DNA from: a virus
Taxonomy: Duplodnaviria; Caudoviricetes
DNA: 64,000 bases
Strand: one strand, 5' to 3'
IMG/VR virus record: IMGVR_UViG_2974598881_000001
Location: 1-64,000 of that record
Shown here: in pieces, positions 1 through 10,068 of the stretch
Position numbering within the stretch: position 1 is the stretch's first letter
Layout of the letters: every line of letters starts with the position of its first letter
The notes under the pieces: model-generated
The model's database searches: none
Seen by the model: the letters and a program-made list of their open reading frames with translations, nothing else
Told to the model about the DNA's origin: nothing
Made by a program: the position numbers and the translations under genes

Positions 1-62
1 CGGATGTCAAATACACCCCTGAGCTGCGTGTTTCCCAAATGCTCGCTTCAAACTGCCCGAGA

Positions 63-71
63 TGGTACTAT
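63..71 (+). promoter_or_regulatory. Extended -10 promoter (TGG-TACTAT), probably giving a leaderless transcript
   Basis: TACTAT at 66-71 preceded by TGG; ATG at 78 lies 7 nt downstream; no Shine-Dalgarno (SD) sequence. Confidence 0.55.
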
Positions 72-77
72 TACAGT

Positions 78-1493
78 ATGCCAAAGATGCACCAGGGACG
101 CCGATATGATTTGTATTGGGAAGATCCGTATAGGTATGCGGCACATCTTCGCGAGTCGGGCGAATGCCAGGTGTATTTGACTTACACCAACCTCCTCGGG
201 AAGAAGTTCGACGCCCGCACGTTCATGCGCCAGAACTTTCATGGTATGCCTTGGAAGTGCTACGTCGCCGCCAAGAACTACACATACCTCATCGACTACA
301 CATGCGGACCTTACGAGCATCGCGGCTCGTGGCCCAACTGGAATGCTCTCAAGTACGATCTACCCGACCTGCAGGACCTGATCCTCAACCCCTGGGTGGA
401 TCGCGAGATGGCAAACCCCGATGCGCCTTGGTATCAGCATCCTGTGCACGGTCAGCCGCATAGAGTGTTCATCGAGGCCTTGGGGTCTGGCATTACTCAG
501 TTCGAGCGCAATCGTCGCCGCAGGATCGCTAAGATTCAGCGCATGTTCCCCGAGGTTGAGTTATTCATCCGACCCAAGACGTTCAACATTCCATTCATGT
601 TCGGCTGTGGGTTCAGTGCAGGATGCCTGGACCCGTATCGTCATCGAGGCCTCAAGAAGGGCTGCGTGTACTCGCCTTCGGGGCGCGAGATTCACCTCGA
701 GCGTGTAGACGAGTTCGCCGCCGAGATCGAATACATGGGATTTGACCCTTACGAGGTTCGCTACGATCAGGACATCGGTCTGCTGTACACGATTGCGTCG
801 TGCCGGTATGCTGCTCATCATTGGGATGACCCGACTGGGCCTTTCTACAATATCAGCGGCAAGTTCAAGACCACTGACTTTCATAACCCTGATATGTATG
901 CAGAAATGCCTTCATATGAGGTCATCAACAACTTCCGAGGCGAAGCCGCTAAGGATACAGACAAGATACTCTGCGACTCCTGCTCCTTGTGGCGGCTGTG
1001 TCCAGCGTACAGACCAGAGGCGGTGTGTGGATTGCCCAGTTCAGAATCCAAGAAGCTTTCCGACATGTTCAAGTCTCGGAATGCAGACGACGTAGTCGAA
1101 GGTCTCGCGTCTATCGTGAGCAAGCAGGCCGAGCGTGTTGAGTCCAAGATGGACGAAGAAAAGTTCGCGGCGGGTGGACACGACAAAGAGATCGACAAGA
1201 TGCTCAACAACCTGTTCAAGAACGGCACTCAGCTTGCCAAGCTGCGCAATCCGAACCTGGGTCGCGGCCCGCTTGTTCAGATCAACGCTAACTCGCCACA
1301 GGCGCTGCAGGCTGGCCAGGTCTCGCAGGCCGACCCTCGCGAACTGGCTGCAACAGTGATCCAGGAGATCGAGGCGACCGGAGTCAAGCGCGAAGACATC
1401 ACCGAGCAGATGATCGAGGAACACCTCAACAGCTACGCGCCCAAGGCGATCAATAGCGGAGAGGAGGTGCTCGATGCAGAAGTCGCGGAGTAG
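78..1493 (+). CDS. Large pre-terminase protein with a Cys4 cluster and a helical C-terminus (possible terminase small subunit fusion)
   Basis: ORF 39..1493, start re-called at ATG 78; motif CDSCSLWRLCPAYRPEAVC; overlaps the TerL start. Confidence 0.6.
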   Translation: MPKMHQGRRYDLYWEDPYRYAAHLRESGECQVYLTYTNLLGKKFDARTFMRQNFHGMPWKCYVAAKNYTYLIDYTCGPYEHRGSWPNWNALKYDLPDLQDLILNPWVDREMANPDAPWYQHPVHGQPHRVFIEALGSGITQFERNRRRRIAKIQRMFPEVELFIRPKTFNIPFMFGCGFSAGCLDPYRHRGLKKGCVYSPSGREIHLERVDEFAAEIEYMGFDPYEVRYDQDIGLLYTIASCRYAAHHWDDPTGPFYNISGKFKTTDFHNPDMYAEMPSYEVINNFRGEAAKDTDKILCDSCSLWRLCPAYRPEAVCGLPSSESKKLSDMFKSRNADDVVEGLASIVSKQAERVESKMDEEKFAAGGHDKEIDKMLNNLFKNGTQLAKLRNPNLGRGPLVQINANSPQALQAGQVSQADPRELAATVIQEIEATGVKREDITEQMIEEHLNSYAPKAINSGEEVLDAEVAE

Positions 1494-3477
1494 TTACGCT
1501 CTCGAGGAGGCTAAGTGGCTCGCGCGGAATCCCGAGTTCCGCATGAGGCCAGCCAGTATTCGCGAGTTCGTCGGTCCCGGATACCTCAACGAGCGCAACG
1601 TTCGTCCCGGCATCATGGAAGCTCTGATTGACACCTTCGGCGAAGAGGTGAACGCTTACGCTATCAGTGACAAGCGTCGCGCCCTCCTCACCGGCGCTAT
1701 CGGTATTGGCAAGTCGACCTACGCTGCCATCGCGCTGAGCTACATGGTCCACTGGATCAAGTGCCTCAAGAATCCGAAGGAGTTCTACAACCTATCGGAA
1801 GACTCGATCATCGGCTTCATGATGATGTCCACCACCGAGACGCTGGCTCGAGAAGTTATCTTCCAGAAGGTCAAAAAGCGTATCGAGAACTCGGTGTGGT
1901 TCCAGAACTGGGCTCCGCTTGACGAGAACAACAAGCGACTCCAGAAGCAGATGCGGTTCGAGGGTGACATCTGGATCGTTCCTGGCTCGTCAGAAGAAAC
2001 CTCCTTCGAGGGTTACGACATTCTCGGGGGAATCGTGGACGAGGGCGACTCGCACAAGGTGACGGATCGGAAGAACTACGCGGAAGCGGGCTACAACACG
2101 ATCGAATCTCGTATCGAGTCGCGATTCACCGACTTCCAGACCGGAGAGCATCGCGGACTCATCATCTGTATTGGCCAGGCCAAGGCTAAGAACAAGTTCA
2201 TGATGCCGAAGTTCAAGGAGTTCTCCGAAGACCCCCGCGCCGTCGCGGTCCGAATGACCATCTGGGAATCTTTCGGATGGCACAACTACACGATGGATAA
2301 GAACGACATCAAGCGTGGGTACGAGACCGCCGAGCGTGACAGTTTCTACTACGACATGCGCAAGCGCGTCCTCATGTCCAAAGAGGCCGCCAAGATGGTC
2401 ATGAACAACGACCTGATCGAAGTTCCGATGCACTATCGCGGGTCGTTCGAGCGCGATCCAGTCAAGGCCCTCCGCGACCTGGCCGGAATCCCGCCCGAGG
2501 TAGACGATCCGTTCATCTCTCGACCCGATTTCATCACAGAGAATCAGGACCTGTGGCATGAGCGCTACCCGCACTACGAGTCGCCTGTTGGTACCGAGTC
2601 GCAGCTCAATAAGATCATACTTCCTCCCTGGTTTGTCCCTGACGGCCTTAGCGGGGGCAACTACCGTCGTGTCATACATGTTGATACTGCGTATAGCCCT
2701 GAAGGCGACGCCCTCGGACTTGCTATGGCTCATGTGCCCGAGAAGGTGGATCAGTACGGCGAAGAGCGACCGATCATTGTGTTCGACTTGCTACTCCGCA
2801 TCAAGGCAACGCCCTCGGTAGAGATCAACTTCGGAGAGCTGCGCAAGTTCATCTACATGCTGCGTGACGAGCGTGGCTTTGAGATCGACATGGTGAGTAT
2901 CGACGGGTTTAACTCGTTCGATTTCATCCAGCAGCTCCGCAAGAACAAGATTAAGTCGGATTACCTCTCGGTTGATAAGACCAAGGCGCCCTATGAGGAC
3001 GTTCGTGAGGCGATCAACGACAAGCGCTGCGAGATGCCTCGATACATGGTGCACTACAACAACTCCGACACAGATGTAATCAACATCGCGTACAAGGAGT
3101 TGTCGGAAGTGCAGGACAACGGGAAGAAGATCGACCACCCGAAGGAGGGCAGTAAGGATGTGGCAGACGCTATTACCGGCTGTGTTCATACTCTCGTCTC
3201 CAATACCAAGTATGTTCGTGAAGCGCGTACGGTAACGCGGGGAGACAGCAATCAGTCTGTTCACAAGGCTAAGGAGTTCGTTACAGACGCTAACGAACTC
3301 TTCAAGAGCTCCATGACTGACGCGATGCGCGAATCCGTCGATGCCAACAGTCCTATCAGCTTCGACGAGTTCAAGCGTGCGCAGAACGATTTCCTGTCCG
3401 GCCTGACCTCGTTGGAAGATCTTCACAAGGGTTCGGGTATGCCTGGCTACTCGAGCGGTGAGACACGAATCTGGTAG
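1474..3477 (+). CDS. Terminase large subunit
   Basis: Walker A LTGAIGIGKST, Walker B IVDEGD, nuclease motifs IHVDTA and SKDVADAITG; lies before the portal. Confidence 0.93.
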   Translation: MQKSRSSYALEEAKWLARNPEFRMRPASIREFVGPGYLNERNVRPGIMEALIDTFGEEVNAYAISDKRRALLTGAIGIGKSTYAAIALSYMVHWIKCLKNPKEFYNLSEDSIIGFMMMSTTETLAREVIFQKVKKRIENSVWFQNWAPLDENNKRLQKQMRFEGDIWIVPGSSEETSFEGYDILGGIVDEGDSHKVTDRKNYAEAGYNTIESRIESRFTDFQTGEHRGLIICIGQAKAKNKFMMPKFKEFSEDPRAVAVRMTIWESFGWHNYTMDKNDIKRGYETAERDSFYYDMRKRVLMSKEAAKMVMNNDLIEVPMHYRGSFERDPVKALRDLAGIPPEVDDPFISRPDFITENQDLWHERYPHYESPVGTESQLNKIILPPWFVPDGLSGGNYRRVIHVDTAYSPEGDALGLAMAHVPEKVDQYGEERPIIVFDLLLRIKATPSVEINFGELRKFIYMLRDERGFEIDMVSIDGFNSFDFIQQLRKNKIKSDYLSVDKTKAPYEDVREAINDKRCEMPRYMVHYNNSDTDVINIAYKELSEVQDNGKKIDHPKEGSKDVADAITGCVHTLVSNTKYVREARTVTRGDSNQSVHKAKEFVTDANELFKSSMTDAMRESVDANSPISFDEFKRAQNDFLSGLTSLEDLHKGSGMPGYSSGETRIW

Positions 3478-3495
3478 TACGCCCTAGCGGTGTGC

Positions 3496-3526
3496 TAGAC
3501 ACGGCGGCGCATGTACAGTAATGTAC
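3496..3526 (+). promoter_or_regulatory. SigA-type promoter upstream of the portal
   Basis: TAGACA(3496-3501)-17 nt-TAATGT(3519-3524); GTACA/TGTAC inverted repeat overlaps the -10. Confidence 0.55.
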
Positions 3527-3577
3527 CGACCCATACCTTAGTCGACAGCGTTTCGCATTAGTGCGATCCCCTGTCCA

Positions 3578-5317
3578 GTGATAGGAGAAGATGTGGCGTC
3601 AGGACTGCTAGGCCCCAACGGCCAGCCGATCGAGAACTTCAAGAAGAACGACAAGGTAGGCAAGCCGGTAGTAGGCGACGCCTTCGCCGATTGGGGCGGA
3701 CTGAATCGTGACTTCATGCACCTCCCGGGCGGCGGCGTAATCGGCTTCGATACCTCGAAGCTCAAGATCAGCGATTTCCGGCGGATGCGCGAGCATTACC
3801 AGATCGGCTCGAGCCTTCACGTACTGACGTTCATGCTCCATCAGCTGGACTGGCACATCGAGTGCGACGACAAGAAGGTCGAGCAGTGGTGCACCTACAA
3901 CCTCGAGCTGATCTGGACTCGTCTGATCCGCGCAATGAGTACCGCCTTCGCTTTCGGCTTCTCGGCCAACGCTGTCGAGTGGGAGAATGACCTCAATGAG
4001 GGCAAGCTTCGACTGAACAAGATCAAGGACCTCGTTCCCGAGGAATGCGAGGTTAGCTGGAAGTATGTCGACTCGGCGATGAAGACCGGCACCCAGCAGG
4101 TGTCTGCCCCGAAGATTCCGATCTTCGACGGAATCCAGCGGCGGGGGACCAACTACAAGGTTCCCGTGGAGAACAGCCTCTGGTACCCGCTCCTCATGGA
4201 GAACGGCAACCATCGAGGGCGTCAGCTTCTTCGAACCGCCTTCCAGCCCTGGTTCTTCAGCACGCTGATTCACCTGTACCAGAACAAGTACTTCGAGCGG
4301 TTCGGCGAGCCGGTCCCCATTGGTCGGGCGCCTTACAACGACAAGGTCACCGTCGGCGACAAGAGCGTCTACGGCTACGACCTCATGGCGACCATCCTGT
4401 CGAACATTCGCTCACGCTCGGCGGTCGTTCTTCCTAACACTCGTTCGCGCGAGGGTCTGAACGATCAGCCTGAGTTCGACTACCAGGTGGAGTACCTCGA
4501 GTCGCAGATGCGCGGCGCGGATTTCGAGCGCTACCTTACGCGCCTTGACGAGGAGATGTCCCTTGCACTGTTTACGCCCCTTCTGCTGCTGCGGACTGCC
4601 GATGGAGGCGGATTTAACCAGGGGATCGCTCACACTCAGGTGTACCTGTGGATGCTCAACGCTGTGGCAGGTGACATGGCAGAGTATATCGACAAGTACA
4701 TTCTGCGGTACATGGCAGTGTACAACTTCGGAGCCAACGCCAAGCTCCCCCGAATCCGCTTCCGCAAGCTTGGTATAGCGCAGCAGGAGACGATGCGCGC
4801 TGTTGTCCAGGCCATGATCGGCAATGGCACCGTCAAGCCGAACGTTCAGGAGCTCGGGCAGCACATCGGCCTCACCCTCGAGGAGGTCGAGGAGGTTACC
4901 GAGGACGAGACCGACATCAACGGCCTCGAGGAAGACCCCGAGAACGAGGGCGATAACGGCAACAAGGACGGCCGAGTCGGTCGCGACGAGCGCCTGAAGG
5001 ATCAGGACGGAATCAAGCCGGGAAGCACCACTAAGGCTATCTCGGCGCGCATCGCAGAGCAGATCACCAGGGCGTTCCGACGCAATGACCTGACTGATTG
5101 GATGCCCGCTCCGGGATTCCGTAGGCAACTAGTCGCGGAATTGCAGGCAAACGGCCACGGGGACGCACGGGGGGCAGCATCGCGGTTCGATTCGTACGTG
5201 ATCGGCGTGCTCACCGACGCCGCGCGCCATACCTCGTGGTCTAGCGCGGAAGAGTTCATTCAGTACGCCAATGGCGTAATCGAGGCCGAAGGAGAGCGGC
5301 TCTATGGCGCTGCCTGA
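3578..5317 (+). CDS. Portal protein (DUF935/Mu gp29-like)
   Basis: Follows TerL; YFERFGEPVPIG motif typical of Mu gp29-like portals; 579 aa. Confidence 0.88.
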   Translation: MIGEDVASGLLGPNGQPIENFKKNDKVGKPVVGDAFADWGGLNRDFMHLPGGGVIGFDTSKLKISDFRRMREHYQIGSSLHVLTFMLHQLDWHIECDDKKVEQWCTYNLELIWTRLIRAMSTAFAFGFSANAVEWENDLNEGKLRLNKIKDLVPEECEVSWKYVDSAMKTGTQQVSAPKIPIFDGIQRRGTNYKVPVENSLWYPLLMENGNHRGRQLLRTAFQPWFFSTLIHLYQNKYFERFGEPVPIGRAPYNDKVTVGDKSVYGYDLMATILSNIRSRSAVVLPNTRSREGLNDQPEFDYQVEYLESQMRGADFERYLTRLDEEMSLALFTPLLLLRTADGGGFNQGIAHTQVYLWMLNAVAGDMAEYIDKYILRYMAVYNFGANAKLPRIRFRKLGIAQQETMRAVVQAMIGNGTVKPNVQELGQHIGLTLEEVEEVTEDETDINGLEEDPENEGDNGNKDGRVGRDERLKDQDGIKPGSTTKAISARIAEQITRAFRRNDLTDWMPAPGFRRQLVAELQANGHGDARGAASRFDSYVIGVLTDAARHTSWSSAEEFIQYANGVIEAEGERLYGAA

Positions 5318-5729
5318 GATCACCACAAACCCCGAGAGGTACGGCACCGTGAGGTGGACCGGCCTCGTGACGCGAGTAGACACTGCGGCTGACCCTGACG
5401 ATCTGCCCGACAAGTCGGCAATCGAAGGCGTCATCATCTTCAAGCCGAGTTCGCCGCTCATCGCCTACCCGACCGCCGCACCGAAGTACACCAGCCTGCT
5501 GTTCAATCGACAGGTGCCGCTCCAGGACGCGCAGATCACTGAGCTCGATCGCAAGTTCATCAAGCTCGAGGCCTGTGTCGAGGGGATGGTCCCTGCCGTC
5601 CTCAACTGGACGGCAAGCTTCTCGATTGGGTTCAACGGAGTCATCGTGAGGATTCCCGACGTGATGTTTTCGCTTCAGCCCAGCCAGGAGATCGACCTCA
5701 CGGACCTCATCAGTATGCCGAGCGCATAG
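5304..5729 (+). CDS. Hypothetical protein, probably virion-associated
   Basis: 141-aa beta-rich ORF in the head operon, overlapping the portal stop. Confidence 0.55.
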   Translation: MALPEITTNPERYGTVRWTGLVTRVDTAADPDDLPDKSAIEGVIIFKPSSPLIAYPTAAPKYTSLLFNRQVPLQDAQITELDRKFIKLEACVEGMVPAVLNWTASFSIGFNGVIVRIPDVMFSLQPSQEIDLTDLISMPSA

Positions 5730-5752
5730 AACTTCAACGAGAAATTGGTGCT

Positions 5753-6061
5753 ATGAAACCAGATGACAGTAAGTACCCTTTGAGGTGCACGTGTCCTACG
5801 TCTCCACTACTCGCCTACTACGGGCGGAACGAGCGCGGTCGAGCCTATGTTCATGTGGCTGCGTTCAAGAACAAGCAGACTCTCTGTCAGATGTACACCA
5901 CTGATCCAGTGTCGATCTGGTGCCGCGTGTGTGGCACATGGTGGAATATCTTCGTCAAGAACGAGAAGCTGACAGCCGAGGAGCGCATGAGCGCCCCGCC
6001 GGTTCCGGAGCAAAAATCCAAATCGCGGGTATTGCTGGACAATCCTGCCGACGATCAGTAA
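5753..6061 (+). CDS. Small Cys-containing (putative zinc-binding) protein
   Basis: 102 aa; RCTC and WCRVC motifs. Confidence 0.55.
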   Translation: MKPDDSKYPLRCTCPTSPLLAYYGRNERGRAYVHVAAFKNKQTLCQMYTTDPVSIWCRVCGTWWNIFVKNEKLTAEERMSAPPVPEQKSKSRVLLDNPADDQ

Positions 6062-6064
6062 GGT
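6036..6064 (+). promoter_or_regulatory. Putative SigA-type promoter for the capsid genes
   Basis: TGGACA(6036-6041)-17 nt-TAAGGT(6059-6064); ATG at 6076. Confidence 0.45.
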
Positions 6065-6075
6065 ACGGTTTCATT

Positions 6076-7281
6076 ATGACGAACGCGACCCTATCGGACA
6101 CGCAGAGGCGCAACTGTGTCTTCATGCGCGACCTCGGCGCTCCCGTCAAGTCCTACGAGAAGGCCGTCAAGAACGAGGCTGGCGAGGACGTCAACGCCCT
6201 CATTATCGAGGGCAAGGCGATCTTCCGCTCGGGCACCTTCGCCGACTCGCAGGGGTACGAGCACACTTGGGAGCCGATCCACATCAATCAGATGGTGGAT
6301 CACGACGCGCTCCTTCGAGGGCGCGCGATCTTCGAGGACATCCCTGTTCGCAAGGGGCATCCCGACTGGGGTGGCCTGTTCAGCGGCCCGAACCGAAACG
6401 CGATGGACGAGCTCATCGGCTACATGAGCAACCTCCGGAGCGAGGAGCGGAAGAATCCTGCCGACGGGAACACCTACACCTACTTGCTGGCCGACCTCGA
6501 AATCCTCGAGGAGACGGCGATCAAGAACATCAAGTCCGGTCTCTGGCGGAACGTCTCCGCCGAGATCAGTACATACGTCACCAACGGTAACGCTGAGTAC
6601 TGGCCCGTGATGTACGGAGTGGCCTACGTAGACATTCCGGCAGTCGAGGGCCTCAAGTCGCAGCATTCCAAGGCGGCGAACCAATTCAGTATCATCCTGG
6701 AGGAAGATATGACCCAGAAGAACAACGGTCCCGAGGCTCCCGACGCCAAGAAGGACGGCGGCACGGGCACTCCCGAGAACACGCCGCTCCGTCCGCAGGC
6801 TCCCGAGAAGCCCGAGAACGAGTTCAGCATCGGCGGCAAGAAGACCTCCGATTTCGCTGCCGTGCAGGCGCACATCGTCGCCCTGGAGCAGCGGAACAGC
6901 GACCTCGAGCAGTTCCGCATCGAGTCCGTCGAGGCGGGCAAGGCGGACTTCGTGAAGTCGCTCGTCGCGACCAACAAGATCCCGGCGACCAGCGAGGAGG
7001 CGTACCTCAATTACGCCAAGTCGCTGGACGATAAGCAGTACGCGGCGTGGAAGGGCCTCGAGGAGGCCAAGCCCTCGATGGCGATCGCCACTCCGCAGGG
7101 CGCGGGCTTCTCGCAGTCGCACGAGCAGGTGTCCGAGACCGACGCCAAGGACGCTCGCATCGACGTGCTCAAGGGCATTGTCTCGCAGCACCAGATGGGT
7201 GGCAAGATGAGCACCGAGGCCATCAAGGCCACCGGTTCCTACAAGGAGCTGACCACCCTCGACCCGTCGTTCACCCTGTAG
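6076..7281 (+). CDS. Capsid maturation protease with C-terminal scaffold (Mu gpI-like)
   Basis: KGHPD, LLADLE, RNVSAEI and GVAYVDIPAVEGL motifs; helical C-terminal half; start re-called at ATG 6076. Confidence 0.8.
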   Translation: MTNATLSDTQRRNCVFMRDLGAPVKSYEKAVKNEAGEDVNALIIEGKAIFRSGTFADSQGYEHTWEPIHINQMVDHDALLRGRAIFEDIPVRKGHPDWGGLFSGPNRNAMDELIGYMSNLRSEERKNPADGNTYTYLLADLEILEETAIKNIKSGLWRNVSAEISTYVTNGNAEYWPVMYGVAYVDIPAVEGLKSQHSKAANQFSIILEEDMTQKNNGPEAPDAKKDGGTGTPENTPLRPQAPEKPENEFSIGGKKTSDFAAVQAHIVALEQRNSDLEQFRIESVEAGKADFVKSLVATNKIPATSEEAYLNYAKSLDDKQYAAWKGLEEAKPSMAIATPQGAGFSQSHEQVSETDAKDARIDVLKGIVSQHQMGGKMSTEAIKATGSYKELTTLDPSFTL

Positions 7282-7314
7282 GGCTGAGCACACAACGAGA
7301 AGGAAGAAAACACA

Positions 7315-7761
7315 ATGGCTGATTTCGTGTCGGGTCGCGAGGATTACGCGGTCCACGGTAAGCGGAACATCCTCCGGAGTGCTCAGCCCGGTTCGTACAC
7401 CGTCGTCTCCAAGACGGTTTCGAGCGCTGCGTTCCCGGTGGAGAAGATCGACGGCTTCGACCAGAAGGTCCTGCAGGAGGGTGACGTTCTCGTCGCCCTG
7501 ACGACCGGCCCCAACGCGGGCAAGGTCGTCCCCTTCCAGGTCGGCGTCGCCGAGGACCTCGCCACCCTGGTGGGTGTGACGAAGGACTACTTCGGCTGGG
7601 AGCTCAACGAGCGCGACGTGGAGGCGGGTGTCCTCGTTCGCGGCCAGCTGGTCCAGGCCTGGTGCTCCATTCGCGATGCGGATGGCAACCGAGTCGCCGT
7701 GACCAACGCCGTTGCCGACGCTCTGCGCGGCAAGAAGAACCTCGACATCCTCTTCTTCTAA
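7315..7761 (+). CDS. Capsid decoration/cement protein
   Basis: 148 aa between scaffold and major capsid; strong SD; GC-rich third codon positions. Confidence 0.65.
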   Translation: MADFVSGREDYAVHGKRNILRSAQPGSYTVVSKTVSSAAFPVEKIDGFDQKVLQEGDVLVALTTGPNAGKVVPFQVGVAEDLATLVGVTKDYFGWELNERDVEAGVLVRGQLVQAWCSIRDADGNRVAVTNAVADALRGKKNLDILFF

Positions 7762-7774
7762 GGAGCAAGAAGCA

Positions 7775-8980
7775 ATGACCATCTCGAATGCGCTGGCGCT
7801 TTTCAACAAGCCCCAGGCCCCTTCCCAGTTCGGCGCCCAGCCGCTGGACAAGCTGATCCGCAAGGAAGTCTCGCTCGGCGTCATCCGTGAGATCGTGAAG
7901 CCCGAGGACCACATCGGCCTCGACCTCTTCCCGTTCCACGAGGTGCCCTCGGACGACTACATCTTCTCGTACGTCAAGGGTCTGACGACCGGCCTGGCCC
8001 CGGCCATCGCCGAGTCGGCCGAGTCCGAGCTGGCCCAGAAGGACAGCGGCCTGGCGAACACCGGTCGCGCTTCGCTGATCGACTGGCGCTTGAAGGACCA
8101 CTACGACGCCGCCGACGTGCAGCGCTTCCTGGACCTGCAGCTGCTCGCCGAGTCGAACCAGTTCGGCCCGTACGGTCTGCCCAACACCCTCATGGGCGAC
8201 GTGAACCAGCTCCCGCAGCGAATCGCGCGCGACACTGCCGAGCGTCGGCGTCGTCTCGACAACCGGCTCGAGTGGCTGACGATGCAGTCGCTCTCGAACG
8301 GCGGCATCGCCTACAACGACGGGAACATCAAGTTCTCCGTCGACTGGAAGCGCCCCGTCGATCAGCAGGCCCAGGCGCCCGCGTCGGGCTCGTACGCGAG
8401 CACCACGCACGATCCCATCGGCGACATCAACAAGATCAAGCGCCTGATCTACAACCGCTACGGCATCGTCATCACTCGGGCGCTGTGCTCGAACAAGTTC
8501 CTGCTGTCCCTGGTCAACTCGGACAAGTTCATCCTCCGCGCCGGTCTCGGCACGGCGGCGAACTCGGGCCTGACCAGCTCGGACATCCCCTACCTGCTCA
8601 ACAGCTGGGGTCCGCAGGTCGCGATCGACGCCGTCCAGGCGCAGACCGGCGTGCAGTTCATCGAGTACGACTCGGGCTACCGCAGCAAGCCGGACTTCGC
8701 GCAGGGTCCGGTGACCTTCAACCGGTACACGCCGGAGAACCGGGTCATCTTCCTGCCCGACGACAACGCGATGGCCGAGTACGACTCGAGCCCCATCGGC
8801 CTCGGCAAGATGCTCACCTCGCCGCACTCGATGGGCAACGGGGCGGCGGGCTTCTACGACTGGGAGCAGGACACCACCGATCCCTGGGGCAAGAACATCG
8901 GCACGGGAATCAAGGCCTTCCCCCTCTTCCCGCACATGGAGCTGACGTACACGATGGACGTCACCCTCCCCGCCGACTAG
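7775..8980 (+). CDS. Major capsid protein (lambda gpE-like)
   Basis: 401 aa after SD AAGGAG; RRLDNRLEW, HDPIGDI and AFPLFP motifs; strongly biased codons. Confidence 0.9.
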   Translation: MTISNALALFNKPQAPSQFGAQPLDKLIRKEVSLGVIREIVKPEDHIGLDLFPFHEVPSDDYIFSYVKGLTTGLAPAIAESAESELAQKDSGLANTGRASLIDWRLKDHYDAADVQRFLDLQLLAESNQFGPYGLPNTLMGDVNQLPQRIARDTAERRRRLDNRLEWLTMQSLSNGGIAYNDGNIKFSVDWKRPVDQQAQAPASGSYASTTHDPIGDINKIKRLIYNRYGIVITRALCSNKFLLSLVNSDKFILRAGLGTAANSGLTSSDIPYLLNSWGPQVAIDAVQAQTGVQFIEYDSGYRSKPDFAQGPVTFNRYTPENRVIFLPDDNAMAEYDSSPIGLGKMLTSPHSMGNGAAGFYDWEQDTTDPWGKNIGTGIKAFPLFPHMELTYTMDVTLPAD

Positions 8981-8995
8981 CAAGGAGGCAACATC

Positions 8996-9187
8996 ATGGG
9001 TAAGAGCACGGTCGTACTCAAGAAGAAGGGCGCGCGAGGCGGCGTGAATCCCGGCACTGCTGGGGCGAACGCCGGTCGCCTGCCCTTCGGTGCAGTCACC
9101 GGCGGTCAGTCCGGAGCCGATCCGGTCAAGACCGTCGCGGACATGCAGAAGAAGAACCGTCGAGCCGTCGGCTACGGCGACCACTGA
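8996..9187 (+). CDS. Small basic Gly-rich protein
   Basis: 63 aa, SD AAGGAGG, directly after the capsid gene. Confidence 0.6.
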   Translation: MGKSTVVLKKKGARGGVNPGTAGANAGRLPFGAVTGGQSGADPVKTVADMQKKNRRAVGYGDH

Positions 9188-9193
9188 TCGAAC

Positions 9194-9236
9194 GCGCCCC
9201 GTCTGAGTATGCTTCCCCGATACTCAGCCGGGGCGC
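9194..9236 (+). terminator. GC-rich hairpin after the capsid genes
   Basis: GCGCCCCG..CTGAGTAT pairs with ATACTCAG..CGGGGCGC. Confidence 0.6.
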
Positions 9237-9264
9237 AGTTCGATGAGAATCGAGGAGAAGGAAA

Positions 9265-9549
9265 ATGGCAGACGAAGTCAAGAACGGCGAGGCCGTCGGT
9301 CGTCCGAACGCTCCCGAGCCCGCGAACAAGACGGATCGCGTCGTGTTCTCGGATCGCGAGAAGGACGACTACGCGCGCTTCGGCGCGACGCCCGAGCCCG
9401 AGTCCGCGAGCCCGGTCTACGATCCGAGCAAGAAGGACGACGACAAGAACGACGAGGCCGACGAGAAGCCCTCCGAGGAGAGCAAGCCTGAGCAGCCCGC
9501 AGGTCAGCCGGTGAAGCCGCCGACCACCCCCTCGACCCCGAAGGCCTGA
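9265..9549 (+). CDS. Low-complexity acidic/Pro-rich protein
   Basis: 94 aa, SD GGAGAAGGA, codon bias fits this frame. Confidence 0.6.
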   Translation: MADEVKNGEAVGRPNAPEPANKTDRVVFSDREKDDYARFGATPEPESASPVYDPSKKDDDKNDEADEKPSEESKPEQPAGQPVKPPTTPSTPKA

Positions 9550-9555
9550 TACAAG

Positions 9556-10068
9556 ATGCCTGCTAACCGCCCGGTGTACTGCACGCCTGCTGCAATTCAG
9601 GTGCATCTGCAGAACATCAAGCTGCCCGCGAACGTTACGTGGGACAGCTTGGCTGAGACTGCCTCGAACGAGGTGGACAGCAACATCGGTGTGCGGTACC
9701 AGACGCCTATTCAGGTTAGCGCGGTCGATCCTGAGACTCGCGCCGCCGCCTACTGGTTGCAGAATGTTTCTGCGATGGTGGCGGCGGCGCGACTCATGCT
9801 TTCTGTCGCCGCCCCCGGTTCGCAGGACAGTGCGAATGGATACGGGCGATACCTTCTGAGCAGTGCTCAGAAGCTCATGAACGACGTAATCTCCGGCAAG
9901 GTTGATCTCAACGGTGCCGTCGAGCTTACTCCACTCGGCGAGGTTCAGGCTCCCACAATCATCAATGGTGACGCCTACTCGCAGGTAGACTTGTACTACG
10001 AGAACATGATGCCCGAGGGTATCATGCCCGGCTTTGATCGACCGAAGGGCAAGCCGTGGCCGATCTAG
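9556..10068 (+). CDS. Head-to-tail adaptor (Mu gp36-like)
   Basis: Synteny; N-terminal YCTPAAI and helical pattern. Confidence 0.65.
   Translation: MPANRPVYCTPAAIQVHLQNIKLPANVTWDSLAETASNEVDSNIGVRYQTPIQVSAVDPETRAAAYWLQNVSAMVAAARLMLSVAAPGSQDSANGYGRYLLSSAQKLMNDVISGKVDLNGAVELTPLGEVQAPTIINGDAYSQVDLYYENMMPEGIMPGFDRPKGKPWPI

Noticed and set aside
6091-9184. Long antisense ORFs (also 18684..20477 -, 22508..24538 -, 42582..43742 +, 46444..47850 +, 58799..60298 +)
   Set aside because: They are shadows of strongly codon-biased real genes in GC-rich DNA, with no SD sequences or recognisable motifs.
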